The notes: a model not told the origin generated them from the sequence alone. A stretch of DNA of 64,000 nucleotides from Octopus bimaculoides (GCF_001194135.2 NC_068992.1:5356681-5420680); one strand, 5' to 3'. Positions 1 through 15,257 are shown, counted from the first letter of the stretch. A program made the numbers and translations.

Positions 1-140
<140 letters not shown>

Positions 141-385
141 AATAACTATGCCGTAATGCAGTACCAGGCAGTGGCTCTCATAGATTCTGATCTTAAATGT
201 TTGTAAGTGCTCTCATGCACAGGTTTTGTGTTTGTATAGAAGATGCGCAACAGCAAATATTCTGCTCAGTACCACCGATTTGCTTAGCAGTTGCTTGACC
301 TTATCCAGTTGAGCAGTTCCCTTAGTGACTGATGATATGTGCATCTCTGATCTCGAACAGAAGTAGTGGGGGAGCATCATAGCCT
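141..385 (-). mobile_element. Probable 3' end of a retroelement whose simple-repeat tail is the adjacent microsatellite
   Basis: GC-richer block abutting the repeat. It resembles a common octopus interspersed repeat from memory; there is no second copy in the window to confirm it. Confidence 0.35.
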
Positions 386-1210
386 TGTATTCAAAGGACT
401 ACTTAACAACACTTATGCAGGGACCTTTTGACCAGGATGACCAATCTTCACCGATGCGAAACTTCACTGAGTGAAAGACAATTAGATTCACAGAAATGAA
501 ATTTAAGGCCAACATATTCATGGGTACAATTAAAACTAATCAACAGATATGTTGACTTTCACAATCATACATCAAATAATATGCTTGTTACAATATTGTC
601 ATTAATAGTAAAAAGTAATTAAAGAAAAGTGCATTACCATTAAATACCTCCTGATGAACTTAGGTAGAGAATCCGGAAACTTACTTATCAGTCGTTACTT
701 ATGTGATTAGAAATTGCAATATTCTAAACGAGATACCTTTAAAGTGAAAAGAATATGTTAATGCAAGACGCTAAATATTTTCAAACGATTATATGCCTGC
801 ATATGGAAATTATACTCAACCGATCTGTAAACTGAAACTGAAACAAACAAAAATAGAGCCATCCATTTTGAACTAATCAATAGAACATAACAACACAATA
901 AACGAAAACTTATTTGATGACTGCTTAGCAAGAATGAACAATCTGAAAGAGAACTTCAACTTCAGGAGATTTTTATTTATTTATTTCTGTATTATTTAGC
1001 TTTTTGTATCCTTTTATTCGATTCCACTCTCGTGTTGGAAACTTCCTATATATAGCCAGTATAGACTAATCAATAGAGTACTCATGTCTATAAGAGTGAG
1101 TTGGAAGACTTACAGTGTTTTCTTTTATTAGATTGTGTATTTATTTAGCTATATAAAGTGTCGCAAGTGGTTAAGCTGCTAGTTACATGTTTCGTGTGTT
1201 CAAATGAAAC

Positions 1211-1515
1211 TACGAGGTGGGGGTTGAAAAGTTCAGAAACCATCTATGAAGGACTGACGCTAGGACTGTGATATTTCGATGCATTAATTTCAACATTTCC
1301 TATTGATAAAAGCAGATTTTGTTTTGCTTTGTCTTTTTTTTTTTTTTAAATAAACTGACAGCTGACTGTTCAAAGAAACCTAGTATAGACTTGTCTTGAA
1401 AAGTAACAAAATTTGGCATCGTGATTTTATGAAGAACCTTCAGAAAAAGGTTCGTCAACTTCTAATGTACCAACTATATGTACATTAATGCCATTCAGGG
1501 CTGAAAACTTTTTTC
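1211..1515 (+). mobile_element. Internally deleted mariner-type element (5' TIR, leader and first codons of transposase)
   Basis: Starts TA-CGAGGTGGGGGTTGAAAAGTTC, a mariner-type terminus. Bases 1405-1449 translate NKIWHRDFMKNLQKK, resembling a mariner transposase N-terminus. Only a partial right end (GAAAACTTTT) is present near 1503-1512. Confidence 0.55.
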
Positions 1516-2283
1516 TGAATCTAAAGTTTGGTCCTGGTATTCGCACTCAAACACTTAATTCTATTCTTTACATAAGGAGTAATAATATATAATGAATTAA
1601 TTGGATTCTCTCCCTTCCTCCTTTTCTGGGTTCTAGTTTTTTTGAACTTTAGATTTCTGGATTTAACTACGATCCATTATACCTTCATCTAATTTAAACT
1701 TTTAGTATAGCGTTCATAGCCTCTCACCCTTAATAGCTCTCTGTAAACCAGCGTTCTTGGTTTTAACGGTCATTTACTTAACTATATAATGTTATAACTT
1801 GTACGCAACCTTAGCATTTAACGCATGTCTTGCTTTGGTATGTTGGTTCCCTGACGATGAATTTATGTGCAATTCCATCACCTCTTACTTCTTTGGAGTA
1901 TAGTGCACATATATTTTGAAACATATGTAGGAATTAAAGGAACTTATTGATTATATGCGTTTTGCTCCATTTATTATTATTATGATATATATGNNNNNNN
2001 NNNNNNNNNNNNNNNNNNNNNNNNNNNNNNNNNNNNNNNNNNNNNNNNNNNNNNNNNNNNNNNNNNNNNNNNNNNGTGTGTGGAAAAATTATTATTTCTA
2101 AATCTCTGAATGAGAGCCATTCAGTAACAATACTTTTGAAGTAAAAATTATTTGCCAACATAATGTGGAAGTCCTTATTAAAACGTATGTTACTGTTATT
2201 TAGCCCCAGGAAACATGTATATATGAGTGTGAGAGCTTCTATAAATGTTCACGCACTTTTATATATTGCTAGTCAGAGAAAAA

Positions 2284-2318
<35 letters not shown>

Positions 2319-2614
2319 GGGGGGGGAGATTAAAACCTCTGTATTCTTAAATGTTCACTATGCATGGCAAATGAGTGCGAAAATATTGTTTTTACTATTT
2401 ATGTTTTATGTCATCCGATTTATCAACAAAGTTCTCACAATACTTTGAAATTGTAATATTTTTCTATATCACAATACTGCAATTAGTTCTTAAACTATGT
2501 GACCCGATAAACCGAGAATATTATTTGGAGAGGAATTGATTCATTCTCATTAACGCTACACTTCTATTTGCTCAGTTAGTGAGATGGAAGAATCGTTAAT
2601 TGACGGTATTTATC

Positions 2615-2770
2615 TATGATCTTTACGATCAGACTTCAAATTCCTCTGGGGTCGATTAAATCTTTTATTCTTCCGAGGTCAATAAACACATACCAGATGA
2701 GCACTTGGGTCGATGTAATGAACTTTTCTTCCTGTTAATATTGCCGGCCTTGCACCAAAAAGAGAAACAA
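2615..2770 (+). mobile_element. Degenerate tRNA-derived SINE (GGGGTCGAT-containing family)
   Basis: CTTCAAATTCCTCTGGGGTCGATT and GGGTCGATGTAATGAACTT match the better copy at 8606 and the tail at about 39075. Confidence 0.55.
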
Positions 2771-3930
2771 TTATTATTCTATTTACTACATCAGTTTGCT
2801 AGCGGATGATTTCATCTGGAAATCGAATGCAAATATTCTTTGTGGTATTGATTTCCTTAACCATTTCTTTTATGGAATAATGTGTTGAACGTTATCTGAT
2901 AATGAGTAGTGTTTAGAATAATTTGGCATTCATTTGACCAAAGAATATAATTATGTTTTCGTTAATATTTATTATATTACATATATATATNNNNNNNNNN
3001 TAGATAGATAGATAGATAAATAGTCACCTACAAAAGTCATAAAACTGTAAATATGTTTAAGTGACATCCGAAAACAGGAGGTACTGATATTGCAAATATC
3101 GTTGGAATCCTTTTATTCACAAGGTAAATAGTAATTTAATGTCTAAAAATTCAGGAGACTTTTCAGTGAGAGTTATACCAGATTTAACAGCAAAATGCAC
3201 AGAGTAGTGTGAATTCTCGAAATGTATATCATGACATTTTGGTGTTATGATTAATATAAATGTAAGACACTTAATTGAAACCCGAATAAAAAGCTCCTGT
3301 AATTGAACCAGAACACCATTTAGATTGACAAAGATAATAAAAACAAAATATTCCTTACAAACACTAAATGTTATTTTCAAATAATGTCAAAAGTACATAA
3401 ATTTTGGGGTGTGAGATTTCGGTTCAAATTTCTCAACTTGTACATAATTTATTCTATCGAATTCCCGAAAAGATGTAAGATCAAGTCAACCCAGTACGTT
3501 TTTGCATTTAAAAAGTAATGATGGAAGAAATACTGCTAAACATGTTTTCAGTGTGGTGCCGATTCTGCCAATTTTTTTCCTCACAAACACTAGCTATTGA
3601 ATAATCACTTAAATAACTTATTGAAATACTATAAAATATTGTAGCTCCAATATGTCCAGTTGCTGTAAGAGAAGAGACGTATAAAATCCAACATTTCTTT
3701 TCATGCTTTTTTCACGTAAAGCTATTCTGAAATAGTACATTTATATAGATTAACCGCTGTCACAATTGCTATGCTGCAATTAATTAAATACTAAATATAA
3801 CACAGTAACAATAAAATTAATCGTATTTTTATAGTAATGTTTTTTAGAAAGAATTGAAAGTGGGACGTCGAAAAATGTGCCTGTTTTATAACATTATCAT
3901 ACTTATAAAAATTACATTGAGACCATTACT

Positions 3931-4301
3931 TGGTGTTGTTGTTGGTACTCCGTCGCTTACGACGTCGAGGGTTCCAGTAGATCGATCAACGGAACAGCCT
4001 GCTCGTGAAATTAACGTACAAGTGACTGAACACTCCACAGACACGTGTACCCTTAACGTAGTTCTCGAGGAGTTTCAGTGTGACACAATGTGAAACTGGC
4101 ACAACAGAAACTGGAAGAAAGAGTGAGAGAGAGTTGTGGTGAAAGAGAACAGCAGGGTTCGCCACCAGCCCCTGCCGGAGCCTCGTGGAGCTTTAGGTGT
4201 TTTCGCTCAATAAACACGCCCAACGCCCGGTCTGGGAATCGAAACCGCGATCCCGTGACTGCGAGTCCGCTTCCCTAACCACTGGGCCATTGCGCCTCCA
4301 C
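3931..4301 (-). mobile_element. Full-length tRNA-derived SINE with 12-bp target-site duplication
   Basis: The minus strand begins GGAGGCGCAATGGCCCAGTGGTTAGG (A box) ... GGTTTCGATTCC (B box) and ends in a (CAA)n tail. GAGACCATTACT flanks both sides (3919-3930 and 4302-4313). The tail recurs at 50534-50598. Confidence 0.9.
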
Positions 4302-5131
4302 GAGACCATTACTAAGAGATAGATAATTTACATATATTCAGAATATTCCCATCAGGACAAAGGGGCGTAAAATATAGGAACAAATATGTTATTTGAATTT
4401 TGCAAGGACCTCAAAGCTTTAATTTTGATAGTGTACAGCATTAGAGATCTATACTCAGATTTATGTAACAGATAACAATAAAAAAAATACAAATCTTGTA
4501 TAATATAACGTTGATGATGAAAATATTCTTCATGATTAATATGCGCAACCTTAATATAGTTTAAAGGAACTAACATTACTCTTCCCCATAAGCGTTTTGA
4601 ATACTTTTGACTTTTTCAACATCTTCCTTACACTAGCTTCTTTCTACGTTAAATTCCAATTTGTGTCACAAAAAGAAAAATGTGATATTGAATCATATTT
4701 TGTGACAAAATTTAGTTTGAAAGTAGTTTCGTTCATCTAAATAAATTTAAATGTTAAGCCTGCAGCCATATTTAAAGTTCTCGATTCTCAGCAGGAAACA
4801 AGTTGCACAATTTTCTTCATAATGAATTCTAAAGCCACTTGAATATGAAGAAAGAAAAAAAATGATTATAAAAGGAAAACGATTTAAGAAAACATTAAGT
4901 AACTATATTCAGCTTTCACACATGCATACAGGAATTTCTGAAAGAGATTAACATGTCAAATTTATTTTATCAAAAAAACGAAAAAAAATCCAAATTACTT
5001 GAGTAGTTCTTCTTCAATAAGTACTTGAGTTAAAACATACAAATCAATGCTGCAGAATTCATGTGAACTTTCTTATGAATATATTTTCAAAATTTAATCA
5101 GATTTTAAGATGATAAAACATATAAATAAAT

Positions 5132-5165
<34 letters not shown>

Positions 5166-6704
5166 CACAACATATTTGGAGGCATTTTACATCATGAATA
5201 TATCTAAACCAACGTTCGAGAATTTTCTGTTAAAATTTAAGGCGTTGTAAAACCAGCTATTATCGTGTGAGCACTTTCTAACGAGACACTGTAGCGTTGA
5301 AAGGCAGAAACCTCTTTGTTTCTCAAAGCTAATTTGTTTTACGTGCTAATAGTATTTTTCGTAACATTATCCAGAGATAAATGCGAGTCATTTTGACTCT
5401 GAATCATTTCAATTTTTAATTATTTAGCATATCGTTTGCTAAATAATTGTATGGTAATATATGTTGGATAGTTCGATATTTCGAGGCCTTTACAAGAATT
5501 ATAAAAGCAGGAAATGTATGGAGGAGTTGCCTTTCTAAAGGCAGTCGCTCAAGCATCAAATATAGATGAAGGCAATTAAGGTGATTTATGTTGCCCGAAG
5601 GTACAATGCAAACCCATTTATTTCACGTAATGGTGATAAGGGAATATCTGTTCTACAGAAGCATTGACAGAACTTAATTTAGCTACAAACCTAGATTATT
5701 TTACAACCGGGATCACATCAATCAACTTCATTGTGACTATGTGAAAGTTAGCAGTGTATGTCATGAATGGAATATAGGCAACTGTACGGCTGAGCGCTAA
5801 AGAAATTCCCTTCGCAAATATGTGATTTTGCGTATGATGTCAATGAAAAGATTTCGTGAAATATTGTATACAATATCATGATATTGACCAAAGATTTATA
5901 CATGACTTTACATCTCTGGATTCTGTTCAATGTTGTGTTAGTAGATACACAGTCTGAACATTGCTTGCAATTGTTTTCACGCTAATAATGGAAATTCTAG
6001 AGTGTGAATAGAGATATGGCGTGCAAGGTTTGAGCGTTTCATTATTGAGATTTCAATAGCAACTCCGGCCTCACTACAGAGTGATCATGTTAAACATTGC
6101 TATCATTATTTCAGTATTGTGTCAGCAATTGTTGTATAATTTGCAGAAGTTTGGGTATTTAACACAACAAATGAAACATCTGTAAAAGGTGTGTGTAGGT
6201 CGAAAATAGCATGACCCTTAAAAATGACTTCATTTTCACTTTTTCTTCTTCTTGATTCTTTTCAATGATAACATTAATTTACATGTCAATTCAAATGCTG
6301 TTTGGAGTAATTGCAATAGTAATCTTTAATTATAATTTAGCAACGAGTCTTCAGAAGACATTTTTGATGATAATGAAGAAGTCTGATAACCGTTTCAATG
6401 TGGCGACAACAATTTTTTTTTTTAATCGTGTGGGTGTTGCTGATGATTTTTCGGTTTAATTTACTTCATGCACAAGTAATATTACAATAGTGAGCAGGAT
6501 TTGTAAAGAACCAGTCCCACTGTCTCACCATGAAAAATAAAAATCATCTTGAATCGATCTCGTGCAACAAGTACCTGAGACAAGCAGTTATCAGCTTTTA
6601 GAATTCCTACAGATTTAAATAGCCTATTCTGCCATCATGGTGTCTTGGAATGACCTTTCCATAGATAGATATATAAAACGGTATTTGTACATATCTCACT
6701 CTTC

Positions 6705-6739
<35 letters not shown>

Positions 6740-7171
6740 NNNNNNNNNNNNNNNNNNNNNNNNNNNNNNNNNNNNNNNNNNNNNNNNNNNNNNNNNNNNN
6801 NNNNNNNNNNNNNNNNNNNNNNNNNNNNNNNNNNNNNNNNNNNNNNNNNNNNNNNNNNNNNNNNNNNNNATAAATGGATGAGTGAATTTTCCTTTGTTTA
6901 CAGTTAACACGGAAAATTCAATAAACAGTTACCAGGGTACCAAATTTCACGCAAGTAATAAGGATGTAGCAACCTGTTCAAAGGGAGAAACTCCGGGTTA
7001 ATGTGCAGTAGTTTGTATAGTATAAATAAATTAATGGAGTTAAACGCAGGTGTTATTCAAATTCTTTTACTTCCGACATATGTTTCGAAGACAACATTGG
7101 TATTATTCCAAAGGAATAGTGTAAAATAATGTAATCTTCTCACCAGGGGAAGAAAGAGGATGAAACTCAAC

Positions 7172-7231
<60 letters not shown>

Positions 7232-8605
7232 TATGTGCTTTTGTAATTATGCACATTTTATCTGATGATACTATGGAATATATCGGTTCAAATTTTACTG
7301 CTTTTTTTTTTTCCTATGATCTTAATTTGGTATGGAAACTGGTGCATTGGATGAAACAGAAAATTACTTTTCCGAGATTCTGACCATCCTTGTAACCATC
7401 TTCAGTTACAAAGTTTCTCGCGTAGATTTTAGTTTCGCAATTATTTACGGATTTCCTTTTACTCTTTGGCTGATGAAGCTATCAAAATGCGAATAATATT
7501 CGAATAATATTCTTGAACCAAGCTTCCGACTTATCCCAACATCATTTCCATTGTATAGAATACAACGCTCTTGTGGATGTCTTCGAATCAAACACATTCT
7601 GAGTGACAAATAGAGATTATGACCTTGCACGAAACCGAATTCACATATCTCACGTTTTAAACATTCTAAGCCATAATAATATATGTCATTACCATTTTTA
7701 GCAAACAACTGAAATATGAACATTACACTGTGAACAAGCATGTTAGAAGTTTAAATTACATTCAAGCTGTTAAAGAGAAAACTATTTTTCAAAAGTTCCA
7801 AATTGCAATATGTCACTGAATGACGACACATTCTTTCTAATATTTATTTGCACAAAGCGTTCTTTCTTAGCGATTGACCAAATGTCATGCGTCTCTATTC
7901 TATTAGTGTTTATTTTTGTTTTTTATGACCTCACTACGATTTTCTAGTCATATTTCAACTATTCTCTCACTGACAATCTTTCAAAATAAAATTCCACAAA
8001 ATATGGATATTTGCATGGAAATTCAATGTGTGAACATTTCCTTTCTAAATTCTTTTTTGTCAATCAATAATTAATCATTGGCGAAATATAAAACAAAAAA
8101 AATATTCCTGTATTTTGCGCAATAGTTCTCCACTGCATTTTTTGGAATGTTAAATTTTCATAACCACGAAGTCAATAGCCTAGCACCATAATTTTCAAGA
8201 ATTTACATATTTAAGTTAACTATTCAATTGCCAATAATTAAAATGCAGATAAGCCTGCCTTAATATGAATAACTAGGGAAGGTGTACCCTCTGCCAGACT
8301 GTCTCGCAAAACAAAGGAATATTTCAAGGAAATTAGCAGATGATATAATCAAGAAAGGATTGAACCTAAATCACAGATTGAAAATTCTACGATGAAGCAT
8401 TATATATAATGATTTCTATGACATCTTTTGGATATTGTGGCTATATGGAATATATATATACACTTCCTACATATATATATTGTACATACACAAATAGAGG
8501 GATGAGGTACAAATGAATTCAGAACGTATGTTTAAATGTCTAGCATATTTTACTAGATATACGAACGATTTCAACCATTGTCGTTATAATAATTATTATG
8601 CAAAA

Positions 8606-8723
8606 GCGGCGAGCTGGCAGAATAGTTAGCACGCCGGGCGAAATGTTTAGTGGTATTTTGTTTGTCTTTATGTTCTGAGTTCAAATTTCGCCGATGTCGA
8701 CTTTGCGTTTCATCCCTTCGGTC
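8606..8723 (+). mobile_element. 5' half of a tRNA-derived SINE, 3'-truncated
   Basis: GCGGCGAGCTGGCAGAATAGTTAG (A-box-like) ... GAGTTCAAATTT (B-box-like) ... GTCGACTTTGCGTTTCATCC; same family as 2615 and 22460. Confidence 0.75.
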
Positions 8724-10128
8724 AATTACCCTCTTTGTGTTTTTGATTCTGCTGTTGTTTCCAGGTGTTTTAATTGATCCTGCAAGCACTGTTATTTTGT
8801 TTTTGGCAGTGTTTTTTCTGTGTAGTTATTCTTCTTGTTAGAGTTGTTGGTTCTGTTTTTGCTGGCTTTACCAGCAGTGTAGATGGACTTTCTGCAGTGT
8901 TTTTTTCTGTTGATAGTGGAGGAAGAATAAGCTGATCTGATTACTGGTACCATAGTGCAAAACCAACCCTTACTCTCAACTATCCTCTGTCCATTCTGCC
9001 CTGCTGTGGCTCCATTACTTTGAAGATATTTACCAAGGTTTTCCATGAATCGGAATATTCAACTTAATCCCTCTGAAAACAAATCATCCCTTTGGATTAT
9101 TTCCATTAAAAGTCGTATGCTAAGCTTTTCAAAATTCAAATATATCATACCTCATCAGATGTTTACCTTTGGGGTTTATTCAGATCCTATTGGTTCAGGA
9201 GTTTGGGCACAAGTGATTGCGTTTTAGCAAGAATTTCCGAGTGAAAAATAATTCGAACGTATCAGAAATTATGGGCATATCCGACAAAATTAAGATCAGG
9301 TAATTATTTAACGGGTGCCAGCTTCGGCTCTACTTTGAATATTTTCATACATGAGTAACATTATAGAACAGTTTTCATTCGTGTTTACTCTAAATGTTAT
9401 TGACGAATGTTGAGTGCAAATATTTTGATGTTCTCGTTTGTTTTGTTTTTCGGCCTCATATGAATGATCATCCGTTTTGTCGAGAGAGATATCACTTTTG
9501 TAAACCTGACAAATAAAGTATTTCTCTTGCTGAGTTTTTATTGCCGCTGCTTATGTTGATAGTGTCACCTTTGGCACTGCCGTGACTGTTTTTTTTTTAA
9601 TGTTACTGGCGATGATTGTTCTGCTACTGCAGTTTGTTACGAGGTTGAATGCAGCTGAGTCTACACATGTTTAACTTTTGCTCGCATATAGCAAGTTTGC
9701 TTGACATGTCAGTTTTCTTGTGGCTTCTGCACGTTTTTATATATAGTGTTGTTCGTTTTTGTTGTTCATGCTCTTCATTCTGACACAACAGAAACTACTT
9801 TTAGTTACTGCTACATCTGTGCTCATGTGTGAGAGGAAATGATGGCGGAAGACGGTTTTCCATTCAAAACTTTGTCGCACTTACCTTACTTATTCACTGT
9901 TTCAGAAAGACAACGCCATATTTTCTGTTTCAATAATATATATTTTTTTTTAAATGCTGCAATATATGTCAAGTAACAAATCGTTGGATCATTCTTTCGT
10001 TCTACTTAAGAAACCAATTTGAACAAAAACATAGGAAAAGGTTAAGATTATAAAGAATAAAAGAAGACAAAATCATAGAGATTCCAAATTCCTTTGAGTT
10101 CTTGCAATAAAGTACAGCAACTGTGATA

Positions 10129-10159
<31 letters not shown>

Positions 10160-11228
10160 TGCGAATGAATATGTGTCTGCGAAAATAGAAAAAAAATATA
10201 TGACAAATGAGTGCTTTCTAAACGCAAAACACTCAACGTATTCTCAGATGAACTTTCTCAATATAATCTGAAACCTCACTCGTGCATAGAAGACATCCGA
10301 AAGTATAACACCTGCCATGTACCAAAAATAGCTGACAAAAGTCATATCACACACAGTTGTTAGAAAAAGATAAAACAGAGCACAAGCAAGTCGAGTAATT
10401 ACGTAACCGTCACCCGGTATTAAATCAATTAACGCAATTCAATCATGACATGAAATACAGAATCAGCAGCAAATGAACAAAATGCAAGTAAAATCGAAAG
10501 AGAAAAAAAAGAAAGAGACATAACTCCGAAAGACTGGGTTGCACATGCTTAGCAGTAGAAATCACATAAAACATGATAATAATGCTTGTAAGTACAACGA
10601 TAATGATGATTTATTTAATAATAATAACGGTAACGACGGCGACAACAACATCAATAAGAAAAATAATATCAACAATGCTACTGCTGACGATGATGAAAAT
10701 GATGATGTTGATGCTGATGATGATGATGGGAATGTTGATATTGATATTTTACATATTTATATTTCCTACAATTTGAAATACTAACCTGAACTCCGTGCGT
10801 TTCGTATTAAGTATAAACCACTGAATAATTAAATCAGTAGAAAGAGAGTCGTTTTTTTCTTTTGAAATTGATATCTAAATACAAAGAGTAACAACAAAAG
10901 CCGGCTAAGATGAAGAAGTGTGTGAAAGGGTTAAAACATTACAAAAGGTGAAAAATATAATTATGCCTTCACATTCTAGAAAGAAAATTAATTTTGTAAA
11001 CAAAAACTAAATCTCAACATTGAATGGACTTCAAAAACTTCTGTGATTGAGAAGCATAGTAAAATGGTTTTCTAACTTCAAAACAAAACTGTTCTATATA
11101 TTTATTTTGTGTAATTTATTATTTTATTCTTTCTACAGAGATTTATCCGCTTTGATATATACACACGTACGTGCATATACATGTGTGTGTGTGTGTGCAT
11201 TTGCATATATGTATTATATATGCATATG

Positions 11229-11246
11229 TGTGTGTATGTATACATA

Positions 11247-11327
<81 letters not shown>

Positions 11328-11345
11328 ATGTATGTATGTATGTTT
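11229..11345. repeat. Long (TA)n with flanking (TG)n/(TATG)n
   Basis: Directly visible; source of several spurious YIYI ORFs. Confidence 0.97.
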
Positions 11346-12285
11346 ATGTATGCATGCATACGTAACAAAGACAAATATTTGTAAGTATATTTACATATAT
11401 ATGAATGTGTATATGAGACTGTAACTATTTTGCTACACAAAAGAATAAAATGTCATTAATAATAATTTGTATATATAATTACATTTATAGAGGTAAAGAA
11501 AAGTCAAGTCAATGTTACGATCGTTTCCGTAAACTAACGTTGTTCAATCGAACATTTCTGTCATTCGCCTCCGCAGACAATCAGTTGTGAAAGATAAACA
11601 ACTTATGAGATGTACTAACCATGCAGAATATATGTTTTTAAAGGAGAGCGGCTAAAACTGTTTTATTGATTATTTTGTATCCCCCAAAATATCTGAAGGG
11701 ATATAAAATTATAAGGGCGTTACTTTGAAAAAAAAATGGCAATATATACACCAAGGATAATATACGTAGACACTGACTCATACTGAATAAGTTAGGCATA
11801 TAATTTCACATAACTAATTCATGCGTGTACGATACGAGTAACAGAGTCAACTCATAGAAGTACTGTACGTAGCTAACTTCTTCAGAATAAGGTGTTTGGG
11901 ATTACAAATGCTTTATTAGTAAAATTATCAAAAGCCAATACGTAAATACTCAATTTTGAGCCTCTTCGAACGCACCATTTTTGTAGGAGACTAATGAACT
12001 TTGAAGGGAGTGCATGTTTACATTTTAAATCCGATTAAAACCATTTGGACTTCTTTCATATTTCATAATCGTGACTGCATTCGTATTTCAGTAAATCTTT
12101 TTCAATCCTCGACTAACACACAAAACACTTTGATCATTTTAAACATATATGCATAAGCATAGATGGGTGTGCAAGGTCATTTGTGCTCGCATGTGAGTGT
12201 ATGTGTGAGCGTGTACGTATGTATATATGCATATATGTATGTGATGGGTAACCCTAACCCTAGTTTATATGTGTGCGTGGATGAC

Positions 12286-12345
<60 letters not shown>

Positions 12346-12811
12346 GTTATATATTGTGTATATATGTGAGTTTATGTATGCGTAAATTTGCGCTCAAATA
12401 TTAAGAGAGAGAGGGAGAGAGAGAGCGAAAGAAAGAAAGAGAAAATTACAGAGAATGAGAGAGTGAAAGATGGTTTCACAATGATGACTAAAACAATCTT
12501 GATAGCTTTCGCTGTCATAACTTTAACAAGCTGACCATTTGACTAGAATATAATTTAAACCAGGAGCTCTTTTCTCTCTCTCACTCTCTCTCCCTATCTC
12601 TTCTTTTGTTTTTTTGTTTCTTTCATTTTTTCTTTGTTTCCTTTTCCCTTTGTCTTAAGCTCCTAAATTTCAAAACACACACACATGCTTGCATACACAA
12701 TCATGCAAACAGGGAAATATGTAAGGAGAGATGCCTTGAAAATAATCAAAATGAGATTGACATTTTGAAACGTCATTTCCTTCTAAAACCTGTTACAACT
12801 GACCTCTTTCA

Positions 12812-12865
<54 letters not shown>

Positions 12866-15257
12866 ATTCATACATTCATTCATTGTTTCTTTCTTTGTTT
12901 CATTCTTTTTTCTTTCTTCCTCCTCCATTTCTTTCATTATTTGTGCTCTCATTTCTCTTTCTCATTTTCCTATACTTTTTATCTTCTTGTCTCTCTTTCT
13001 CTTTCTGCTTCCATTTTTTTCTGCCACTGGCCAGTTTTCTCGCGGTTCTCAAACACACACATACGTGCACTCACCTATTTGCATTCANNNNNNNNNNNNN
13101 NNNNNNNNNNNNNNNNNNNNNNNNNNNNNNNNNNNNNNNNNNNNNNNNNNNNNNNNNNNNNNNNNNNNNNNNNNNNNNNNNNNNNNNNNNNNNNNNNNNN
13201 NNNNNNNNNNNNNNNNNNNNNNNNNNNNNNNNNNNNNNNNNNNNNNNNNNNNNNNNNNNNNNNNNNNNNNNNNNNNNNNNNNNNNNNNNNNNNNNNNNNN
13301 NNNNNNNNNNNNNNNNNNNNNNNNNNNNNNNNNNNNNNNNNNNNNNNNNNNNNNNNNNNNNNNNNNNNNNNNNNNNNNNNNNNNNNNNNNNNNNNNNNNN
13401 NNNNNNNNNNNNNNNNNNNNNNNNNNNNNNNNNNNNNNNNNNNNNNNNNNNNNNNNNNNNNNNNNNNNNNNNNNNNNNNNNNNNNNNNNNNNNNNNNNNN
13501 NNNNNNNNNNNNNNNNNNNNNNNNNNNNNNNNNNNNNNNNNNNNNNNNNNNNNNNNNNNNNNNNNNNNNNNNNNNNNNNNNNNNNNNNNNNNNNNNNNNN
13601 NNNNNNNNNNNNNNNNNNNNNNNNNNNNNNNNNNNNNNNNNNNNNNNNNNNNNNNNNNNNATATATATATATATACATATGTGTCTGTATGTATATATTT
13701 ATGTGTGTGTCTCTCTCTATATATATTAATGTATAGAGAATGATGTAGATATATTGATATATAGAGATAACATTTTAGATCGATAGTCTGAATGATACAC
13801 AAATATATAGATAGATAAATACGTCCATACATATATACTTAACTACATGAACATTGAGCGAAAGTGTTATGTATAAGTGTCATAGTAGAGTCGGTTGCTT
13901 TATATTCATACCTACTTAGTACGGTACTCATTTAATAATTTTCTTGGGAAATGATTTATAAATTTAGAATCCGTTATATGTGTTACGACGCAGTGTGAAG
14001 TTATTAAATAAAGATAAGTTAGAGAAAATTATTCATATCATTATATTTCATCTTCATATTAATTCATTTAAATTTCCTGAAATGTAATGCTTCGCGTGAC
14101 GCTTAAGTAACATGAGATTCCTGACGTAAAAGCAAGTTACAATTTATACATATTTTATAGAAGTAAAGGTATTGATGCGATTGCAAAGAAAATATGAATT
14201 AGTAAATCTCTTTATGAAGTTGTTTAATTCAATACTTCAACAATAATTTTAAATGCAATTATGGATCCGTCACACTAACCCGATAAATCTCTATAAAAGC
14301 AATTAATTGATATTTAGCAAGTTCATTTCTGACCCTCTTTCAGAGTAATTGCAACTGATTTACTACGAAATGTCTATGTATCCATTTGTATGACATCAAC
14401 ACAAATTAGGTGTTGCACTTCGAATACTGTCTTTACTTTGTTCAACCGAAATTTACAGAGCCTTCAGTGTTGCCTTCGATACTCTCAAATGCGTTGCTTC
14501 TTCAAATTATATATATATATATATATATATNNNNNNNNNNNNNNNNNNNNNNNNNNNNNNNNNNNNNNNNNNNNNNNNNTATATATACATATATAATTTG
14601 TTTGTAACATTGTGCTTTTAAGTATTGTCTTATGCAACTCCGTATCTTATGTTTACTCAGAGAAAGTAATACGCACAAGGTGATTTCAACTATTAGGATA
14701 TGGCTTACATCTCGTAGATTTTATCATTATTTTACATTTGAGGAGTTGATATAATAGACTGTGCCTTCCTCCCAAAACGTAACTGGTTCTGCGCCTATAA
14801 AATAATTGAATTTTCCATCACGTAATAGTTTTTTGTTATATAGAAATTCTCAGTTTGGTTATTCTTATGACCAAGCCATAGCAAACCGTCTAATCTTTGC
14901 TTACACAATGAAACATAATCGACAAAATCACTGTTGTCATTGTCAGTTTTTTTTCTTTCTGTTTCAGTAAACCACATTTTTGTCGGGCATCACGACAAGA
15001 TACCAATTAGGCTCTAAAATCGAAGCCTCCAGTGCTATATTAACTCCTGACAGTCAAACCAAAGTGATACAGGCAAAAATACACATCGATATCGAATCCA
15101 GTCACATTATACAGGGATGGACATAGAAGGTGATAGAATACAATATTGGAGTTTATATAATCATTCTTCCGAAAATAAAATCCTTACTTTATTGTTATTT
15201 AATGAATCTTTACTAATTTACCATTGTGTTTTTAATTTCTACATTTGTGAAATTTAG

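Noticed and set aside
648-690. CTGATGA...GGAAAC hammerhead-like words
   Set aside because: No helix II or helix I pairing.
12249-12263. TAACCCTAACCCTAG telomere-like repeat
   Set aside because: Only about two units; expected by chance or as a TE-internal motif.
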